Shown piece after piece: positions 58,618-64,000 of a DNA stretch of 64,000 nucleotides. The stretch is from an uncultured Alphaproteobacteria bacterium. GTDB lineage: Bacteria; Pseudomonadota; Alphaproteobacteria; RF32; CAG-239. Each line of letters begins with the position of its first letter. The stretch's first letter is position 1. The position numbers and the translations under genes are program-made. The stretch is from assembly GCA_934248075.1 (NCBI GenBank), contig CAKQKH010000006.1, forward strand, positions 13,474 to 77,473, given 5' to 3'. The notes below the pieces were generated by a model that was not told the DNA's origin, ran no database searches, and was given only the letters and a program-made list of their open reading frames with translations.

Positions 58618-59409
58618 TTACAACACTGCTTTCAATACTGTATGATCTGATGGTTTGGAACTGAGACGCGGCTTCTTATCCACTTCGCAGGATACCAGTC
58701 TATCCGCGGCGTCCGGCGACAAAAACAAATAATCTATGCGCATTCCCATATCATTTTGCAACGCTCCTCCGGCATAATCCCAATAAGTGTAGCCATTTTT
58801 GACCGGATGCAGACTTCTAAAGGCGTCATAATACCCCAAATATTGCAATTCCGCCAGTTTAGCCCGCGCCTCCGGACGGTATAACGCATTATTAACAAAT
58901 TCTTTGGCGTCATAGACATCGTCTTCCCGCAAAATCACGTTAAAATCTCCGCCCAACACCACCGGCTGCCGCAATTGCAACAATTCTTTGGCCCTCGCAA
59001 TCAATGCGTCGCTCCATTGTAGTTTGTATGCATAGCGGCTGTCATCATCTGGGTCATTATAAGGCGGATTTCCATTAGGCAGATATATCGACGCCACCCG
59101 CCATTTCTGATTTTCAATCTCCAACTCCGCCTCCAGATATCTGGCCTGCTCATCATCAAATTCAGGCAGATTTTCCGCGGTTATTCTAAGCTTATGTCGG
59201 CTCAAAATCGCCACGCCGTTATAGCTTTTTTGCCCCAATATTTTGGCCTCATACCCAGCCGCCTGAATATCAAAAAACGGAAAAGCGTTAAATTCGGTTT
59301 TAATTTCCTGAAGCAAAACCACGTCAGGCTGGTTTTCTTTGAGCCAGACGAGCAAATTTTCCATGCGCGCGTTGACTGAATTCACATTGTAGGTGGCTAT
59401 CTGCATCAT
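58618..59409 (-). CDS. xthA: exodeoxyribonuclease III
   Basis: 263 aa with IATYNVNSVNAR, LLQEIK, GGDFNV and SDHTVL, the EEP-family catalytic blocks. Confidence 0.93.
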   Translation of the reverse strand: MMQIATYNVNSVNARMENLLVWLKENQPDVVLLQEIKTEFNAFPFFDIQAAGYEAKILGQKSYNGVAILSRHKLRITAENLPEFDDEQARYLEAELEIENQKWRVASIYLPNGNPPYNDPDDDSRYAYKLQWSDALIARAKELLQLRQPVVLGGDFNVILREDDVYDAKEFVNNALYRPEARAKLAELQYLGYYDAFRSLHPVKNGYTYWDYAGGALQNDMGMRIDYLFLSPDAADRLVSCEVDKKPRLSSKPSDHTVLKAVL

Positions 59410-59475
59410 TAATCCTTTATTATTAAATTGCTTATAGACTACACTAAAAAGATAATGATTGAAAGTGAAAAAAAC

Positions 59476-60630
59476 ATGGTTTTAGCAACTTATGCAACTT
59501 CCGATTCAAATTGCCGCGGACGGCTTTATCCTGACTATGACGGCGATATTCGTTCTCCTTATCAACGAGATCGCGATCGTTTGATTCATTCTTCGGCTTT
59601 TCGGCGATTAGACGGCAAAACTCAGGTTTTTGCCTATCATGAAGGCAAGAATTATCGCACCCGCCTGACCCACAGCATTGAGGTTGCTCAAATTACCAGA
59701 ACCTTATGTAAAGATTTACGCATAAACGAAGAGCTTGGAGAAGCCATTGCTTTGGCTCATGATCTCGGACACCCGCCTTTCGGCCACGCCGGCGAGCGCG
59801 GCCTGAATTTAGCCATGAAAAAGTTTGGCGGTTTTGACCACAATGTCAATTCTCTGAAAATAATGACCGAACTGGAAATTCATTATCCTGAATTTCAAGG
59901 CCTGAATCTCACTTGGGAAACTTTGGAAGGAACGGTTAAGCATAACGGTCCGATCACCAAAATATCCAGCCGCTACCTCAAAGAGTTTAACCAAAAATTT
60001 GATCTTGATGTCAAACATTATTCTTCGCTCGAATCTCAGGTAGCTTCTTTCGCCGATGACATCGCCTACAACAATCACGACATTGATGACGGGTTCCGCG
60101 CCGGTTTTTTCACCATTGACGATTTGTGTCAGCTGCCATTCATAAAAAACACTATTGAGAACTTTGACACTCAAAATCCGCATTGTTCGGACAGCGTGCG
60201 CATCTATGCCATCACCAGACGCTTAATCGGCGATATGATTTTTGATCTTTTGGCCAACACCAAAACCAATCTGCAAAAACACAACATCAATACCAGCGCA
60301 GATGTTCGCCGGCAAAAACATTTTATTGCTGATTTTTCTTTAGAAATGCACCAAAACATAGCCCTGTTGCACAGCTTTCTAAAAGAGCATTTTTACACCG
60401 CCAGCCCAATTGCCCGCATGGATATGAAGTCGCAAAAAATAGTCAGCGATTTATTCACCGTATTTATGAATGACTATCATTTATTGCCGGAAGATATTCG
60501 TCAGGATATTTCTACCGCCACTTCTGAGCGTGATTTGGCCGAAACCGTTTGCACCTATATAGCCAATATGACTGACATGATGGCGGTTGAAGAGCATCAA
60601 AAACTTTTTGATGCTTATCGCAGATTTTAG
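59476..60630 (+). CDS. dgt: dGTP triphosphohydrolase-like HD-domain protein
   Basis: YATSDSNCRGRLY..YQRDRDRLIHSSAFRRL..KTQVF..RTRLTHSIEVAQI..HDLGHPPFGH. The start is chosen at MVLATYA (59476) by analogy with family N-termini. In-frame alternatives are at 59455 and 59428. Confidence 0.88.
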   Translation: MVLATYATSDSNCRGRLYPDYDGDIRSPYQRDRDRLIHSSAFRRLDGKTQVFAYHEGKNYRTRLTHSIEVAQITRTLCKDLRINEELGEAIALAHDLGHPPFGHAGERGLNLAMKKFGGFDHNVNSLKIMTELEIHYPEFQGLNLTWETLEGTVKHNGPITKISSRYLKEFNQKFDLDVKHYSSLESQVASFADDIAYNNHDIDDGFRAGFFTIDDLCQLPFIKNTIENFDTQNPHCSDSVRIYAITRRLIGDMIFDLLANTKTNLQKHNINTSADVRRQKHFIADFSLEMHQNIALLHSFLKEHFYTASPIARMDMKSQKIVSDLFTVFMNDYHLLPEDIRQDISTATSERDLAETVCTYIANMTDMMAVEEHQKLFDAYRRF

Positions 60631-60703
60631 TTTTTGTTAATTGATTATAAAACATTTTTTTATATCATAGGCTCATAAGAAACACCTTGCAAGGAGTACC
60701 AAT

Positions 60704-61600
60704 ATGTTTGCCGATTTTAACGATGACAAGAACGATGATTTTTTAGATGAATTCCGCCAAAAACTAAATGCGGATAGCAACGATGGTTTTGAAGAGCGCA
60801 AAAATGAAATTAATCGTTCCAAAAATGTCTTTATCGGCACGGTGTCCGGTATTGCTCTTGCCGCTGTGGTCGGCTGGTTTGTCTTGTCATCGCACAACAC
60901 CGCTGAAACCGGCGTTGATATTCCGGTTGTGCGCCGTCCGCAGACTGCCGTAAAAATTCAGCCGGCCGAACCGGGTGGCATGGAAATCCTAAATCAGGAC
61001 AAATCCGTTTATGATATTATCGAAAAGAAAGAAGTTAAAACGCCGGTAATGGAAAATTTGCTTCCGCCTCCGGAAGAACCGCAATTACCGGTTGTTGCAG
61101 CCGTTGCCGAACCCAGTAGTTCTGAGCAACAAGCTCAAAAAATTATTGAAGACGCCGAAAACAAAATTGTGCCTCTGGCTCCCGAACCCAAGGCTGCTCC
61201 GGCTGAAAAACCAGCCCCTGAGCCAATCTCTATTGCATCGGCCGCAACCGAGGTTCCCGCTCAGCCAGAAGTTGAAGCCAAGGCACCGCCAAAAGCAGAA
61301 ACTCCTGCCTTAAAAGCCGAAGTTAAGGTTGAGCCTAAATTGGTGGCCGTATCCGGTCCATGGCAAATTCAGCTGATATCCTCCCCCAACCGCAAAGCGG
61401 TTGACACTGCCTGGGATAATTTGGTGAAAAAATATCCGGTGCTGAAAGATCAGCCGCGAGAGATTGAAACAGCAGACCTCGGCGCCAAAGGCACTTTTTA
61501 TCGCCTCAAGGCCGGTGGCTTTGCCGATCGCAGCGGCGCTGATCGTCTTTGCAACGATATCAAAGCGTTGGGCGGAACTTGCATTGTAAAGAAGAAATAA
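60704..61600 (+). CDS. SPOR-domain protein (one TM, Pro/Ala/Glu-rich linker, C-terminal SPOR)
   Basis: AAGGAG RBS, TM segment IGTVSGIALAAVVGWFVL, and C-terminal WQIQLISSPNRKAVDTAWDNLVKKYP..FYRLKAGGFADRSGADRLCNDIK. Confidence 0.8.
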   Translation: MFADFNDDKNDDFLDEFRQKLNADSNDGFEERKNEINRSKNVFIGTVSGIALAAVVGWFVLSSHNTAETGVDIPVVRRPQTAVKIQPAEPGGMEILNQDKSVYDIIEKKEVKTPVMENLLPPPEEPQLPVVAAVAEPSSSEQQAQKIIEDAENKIVPLAPEPKAAPAEKPAPEPISIASAATEVPAQPEVEAKAPPKAETPALKAEVKVEPKLVAVSGPWQIQLISSPNRKAVDTAWDNLVKKYPVLKDQPREIETADLGAKGTFYRLKAGGFADRSGADRLCNDIKALGGTCIVKKK

Positions 61601-61601
61601 A

Positions 61602-62255
61602 ATGTTAATCAGTGTCATCGTCAATTTTATTCCCATTATAGCGGCAATAGTTTTACACGAAGTCGCCCACGGCTACGCCGCTTATTGGTGTGGCGATGAC
61701 ACTGCCAAAAACAATCAGCGATTATCCCTGAATCCGCTTAAACACATTGACATCTTCGGCACGATAATTTTACCAACTTTGTTAATGTTTTCCAAAACCG
61801 GATTTATCTTTGGCTGGGCCAAACCTGTACCCGTCAATTTCAACAATCTGCGCCGTCCGCAAACCGATACGATTATTGTGGCTTCTGCCGGCATCTTGAT
61901 GAATATGGCTTTAGCTTTACTTTCCGCCATTTTGCTGAAACTCTTGCCCGACGGCAACTCTCTGTTATCCGGTATTTTAACTTTATTTTTGCTCAATTTC
62001 ACCATATTTAACGTTGTTCTTGCGGTGTTTAATGCCCTGCCAATTCCGCCGCTTGACGGATCCAAAATTCTGCTCGGCTGGTCAGAAAATCCCAAGGTGC
62101 AAAAATTTCTCAACTCTTATCGCGAAGGCACTTTGTTTATTATTTTTATAGCCTTTATTCTTCCGCTGACAGCTCGCTATTTTGGTTATAATTTCAATCC
62201 CTTGGGCAGCTATATTATCAAATCATCACGCTGGCTCATCAGCTTGTTCATATAG
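61602..62255 (+). CDS. site-2 protease family (peptidase M50) membrane protein
   Basis: 217 aa with the HEVAHG zinc motif in TM1 and NALPIPPLDGSK (the LDG motif). The start is 1 nt after the SPOR gene stop. Confidence 0.85.
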   Translation: MLISVIVNFIPIIAAIVLHEVAHGYAAYWCGDDTAKNNQRLSLNPLKHIDIFGTIILPTLLMFSKTGFIFGWAKPVPVNFNNLRRPQTDTIIVASAGILMNMALALLSAILLKLLPDGNSLLSGILTLFLLNFTIFNVVLAVFNALPIPPLDGSKILLGWSENPKVQKFLNSYREGTLFIIFIAFILPLTARYFGYNFNPLGSYIIKSSRWLISLFI

Positions 62256-62265
62256 GAGGCGATTA

Positions 62266-63357
62266 ATGCGCCCGATTCTTCCGGCAATGTTGTCATGTTC
62301 CGGCTTAAAATTAACCGATGAAGAAAAATATTTTTTCTCACGCATTAATCCGCTGGGGATTAATTTGTTCGGCCGCAATATCAATAACAAAACGCAACTG
62401 CAAAAACTTGTTGACGAGATTAAAAACGTCATTAACCGAGAAGATGTTTTTCTGGCTCTGGACCAAGAAGGCGGCCGTGTTCAAAGACTTACCGCGCCTG
62501 AATATCCCAATTATGCGGCAGCCATAACTTTGGGCAAACTTCCTCTAAATCAAGCAAAGCGAGCCGCTGAAATTCATGCCGCTCTGATTGCTCATGATTT
62601 GAACGAAATCGGCCTCAATCTGAACTATGCTCCGGTGCTGGATTTATGCTATCCGAACACCACCGAGGCTTTGCGCAGCCGTTGTTTTTCAGCCGACGAA
62701 CAAACCGTTGCCGTCTTAGGACGTTGCGAAACCGACACCTACATGGCCAACGGCATCGTTCCATGCATCAAACACATTCCCGGACACGGACGAGCGCAAA
62801 CCGATCCGCACTTAGGACTGCCCCTCATAGTCGCGCCGCTGAATCAGTTGCAAAATGACTTTTACCCTTTCCGGCAGCTTCGCGACTGCCCGCTGGCCAT
62901 GACCGCGCATATAATTATCTCCGCCGTTGATGACAAAAATCCGGTTACCCACAGCGCCAAAGCTATTCAGCAAATTATAAGACAACAGATTGGTTTTGAT
63001 AACCTCTTACTTTCTGATGCCATAGACATGAAAGCGCTGCAAGGCTCAGCCGGAGACAAAGCCGCCCGCGCTATCAGTGCCGGTTGTGACGCAATTTGTT
63101 ATGCCCTTGGCGACATGGCTGAAATGCAGGATATTGCCGCCAACTTGCCGCCAATGTCGGATAAATCGCTGGAAAGATTTGCCAAAACCGCAAAAATCAT
63201 TCATAATACCAACAAACAGCAAAATTGGTTGGCCTTGACTGCTGAATACAATCTTTTGATTGGTGATATTACTCCCTATCAGGAGACGTATGACGCCACT
63301 GAGGTCTTAAACCATCTGCTGCCCCAACAAAAACAAGAAGGAGATAAACCATGCTGA
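62266..63357 (+). CDS. nagZ: beta-N-acetylhexosaminidase (GH3, NagZ)
   Basis: The ATG at 62266 has an AGGAGG RBS 6 nt upstream. The blocks are LDQEGGRVQRL, NYAPVLDL and KHIPGHGRAQTDPHL. The track ORF start at 62182 overlaps the M50 gene. Confidence 0.9.
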   Translation: MRPILPAMLSCSGLKLTDEEKYFFSRINPLGINLFGRNINNKTQLQKLVDEIKNVINREDVFLALDQEGGRVQRLTAPEYPNYAAAITLGKLPLNQAKRAAEIHAALIAHDLNEIGLNLNYAPVLDLCYPNTTEALRSRCFSADEQTVAVLGRCETDTYMANGIVPCIKHIPGHGRAQTDPHLGLPLIVAPLNQLQNDFYPFRQLRDCPLAMTAHIIISAVDDKNPVTHSAKAIQQIIRQQIGFDNLLLSDAIDMKALQGSAGDKAARAISAGCDAICYALGDMAEMQDIAANLPPMSDKSLERFAKTAKIIHNTNKQQNWLALTAEYNLLIGDITPYQETYDATEVLNHLLPQQKQEGDKPC

Positions 63358-63530
63358 CCTGGATTCTGATTGCTATCATCGTAGCGGCTTTGTTTGGTTT
63401 GATTAATTTTGATCAAATTCGTGAGCAGATCATTGCTACTTGGAAGAAATATTGGCCCGAGGCTAAAAAATATATTGATCAAGCCAAGACCAAAATCGAA
63501 GAAAAAAAGCACACTAAAGAAGACAAATAA
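63351..63530 (+). CDS. small single-TM protein (59 aa), function unknown
   Basis: Not in the track. AAGGAG lies 7 nt upstream of the ATG at 63351 and the ORF overlaps the nagZ stop by 7 nt. The product is MLTWILIAIIVAALFGLINF followed by an amphipathic Lys-rich tail. A terminator follows. Confidence 0.45.
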   Translation: MLTWILIAIIVAALFGLINFDQIREQIIATWKKYWPEAKKYIDQAKTKIEEKKHTKEDK

Positions 63531-63534
63531 TCAT

Positions 63535-63563
63535 AAAACGCCGTTTTTTAGCGGCGTTTTTTA
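63535..63563 (+). terminator. rho-independent terminator after the nagZ/small-ORF unit
   Basis: aacgccg ttttta gcggcgtt followed by T6. Confidence 0.8.
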
Positions 63564-63655
63564 TTGAAAAGCAGTAGTATTTTAACTTTTCTTATGTTAT
63601 ACTGAATTGTAAGGTTTGAAGAATTTGAACCGTTTTTTGTTGTTGGAGAAACAAT

Positions 63656-64000
63656 ATGAGTATAAGTGCCACCAGAAAAGTGAGCAGCTCCGCCTCGTCT
63701 CCTCGAGCCGAAAGAGCCTACACTGCCACTCAGCATTCCCAGTTTGTGGAAAACATTGATACCAGAAACAACGTTCTGGTGCGTGATGATCCGGAGGGAG
63801 ACAATCACCGTCAACAGTTTTCTCAAGATCGCAATAAAAAAGATGAAAACACCGATATTTCACCGTCGGTTGCCTATGTCAAAAACAGCATAGAGGCTCT
63901 GGCTGTCAGCGGCGTGTTTAATGACAGCGACACCTCCCCTTCAGCCGCGGCCGAACATAAGGTTAGTGTTTATGACAACAACCAATCAATAATCCGCGAT
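63656..64000 (+). CDS. hypothetical Ser/Thr/Asp-rich protein, 3' end off the window
   Basis: The ATG at 63656 has GGAGA 5 nt upstream. The frame stays open for 115 codons to the window edge (MSISATRKVSSSASSPRAERAY...). No family recognised. Confidence 0.45.
   Translation, partial: MSISATRKVSSSASSPRAERAYTATQHSQFVENIDTRNNVLVRDDPEGDNHRQQFSQDRNKKDENTDISPSVAYVKNSIEALAVSGVFNDSDTSPSAAAEHKVSVYDNNQSIIRD

Noticed and set aside
63351-63530. The 59-aa single-TM protein as a TatA/E translocase subunit.
   Set aside because: It has a TM helix followed by LFG and an amphipathic Lys-rich helix. It lacks the conserved F-G-x-K-K-L-P hinge and amphipathic-helix signature, and no tatB or tatC is adjacent. It is kept as unknown.

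Overview
This 64-kb chromosomal window is mostly housekeeping genes. It looks like a moderately AT-rich, host-associated alphaproteobacterium. That is an inference from the atpHAGDC order downstream of priA, a Lys-rich N-terminal extension on AtpD, an ELM1-family gene, a chlamydia-type aaxB-aaxC pair, an ankyrin-like motif and many orphan genes. Recognisable content, in order: nifJ/PFOR (5' end cut by the window edge), pepA, tsaC, ssb, an orphan periplasmic binding protein, uvrA, a FadL-family porin / TetR / aas cluster, rpsU, tRNA-Leu(UAG)-tig-[sulfatase-like insert]-clpP-clpX, a TPR/SHOCT-like lipoprotein, prfC, secA, a parvulin PPIase, an ELM1-like protein, phosphofructokinase, an RND pump (MFP plus permease), aaxB-aaxC, a nitroreductase, atpHAGDC, priA, a Xer-type recombinase, rpmG (too short for the ORF track), an S41 peptidase, rnr, xthA, a dgt-like gene, a SPOR protein, an M50 protease and nagZ. 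I saw no rRNA, CRISPR array, transposase, integron or prophage. I did not find a convincing multi-gene novel system. The observations most worth follow-up are: (1) a family of about 110-127-nt structured palindromic repeats (four copies, all in the same orientation) with compensatory stem substitutions, a conserved tandem G:A mismatch and exchangeable core hairpins, plus stand-alone copies of one core hairpin; (2) an almost identical 26-nt promoter/operator-like box upstream of two single-gene cassettes encoding small membrane proteins, with a shorter related version upstream of a third orphan gene; (3) an orphan 350-aa protein translationally overlapped by a SUKH/SMI1-like protein, a candidate toxin-immunity or effector pair; (4) a terminator-bounded islet containing a tandem pair of orphan paralogs; (5) a chlamydia-type pyruvoyl arginine decarboxylase with its antiporter. 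All family assignments come from reading the translations by eye. No database search was run.
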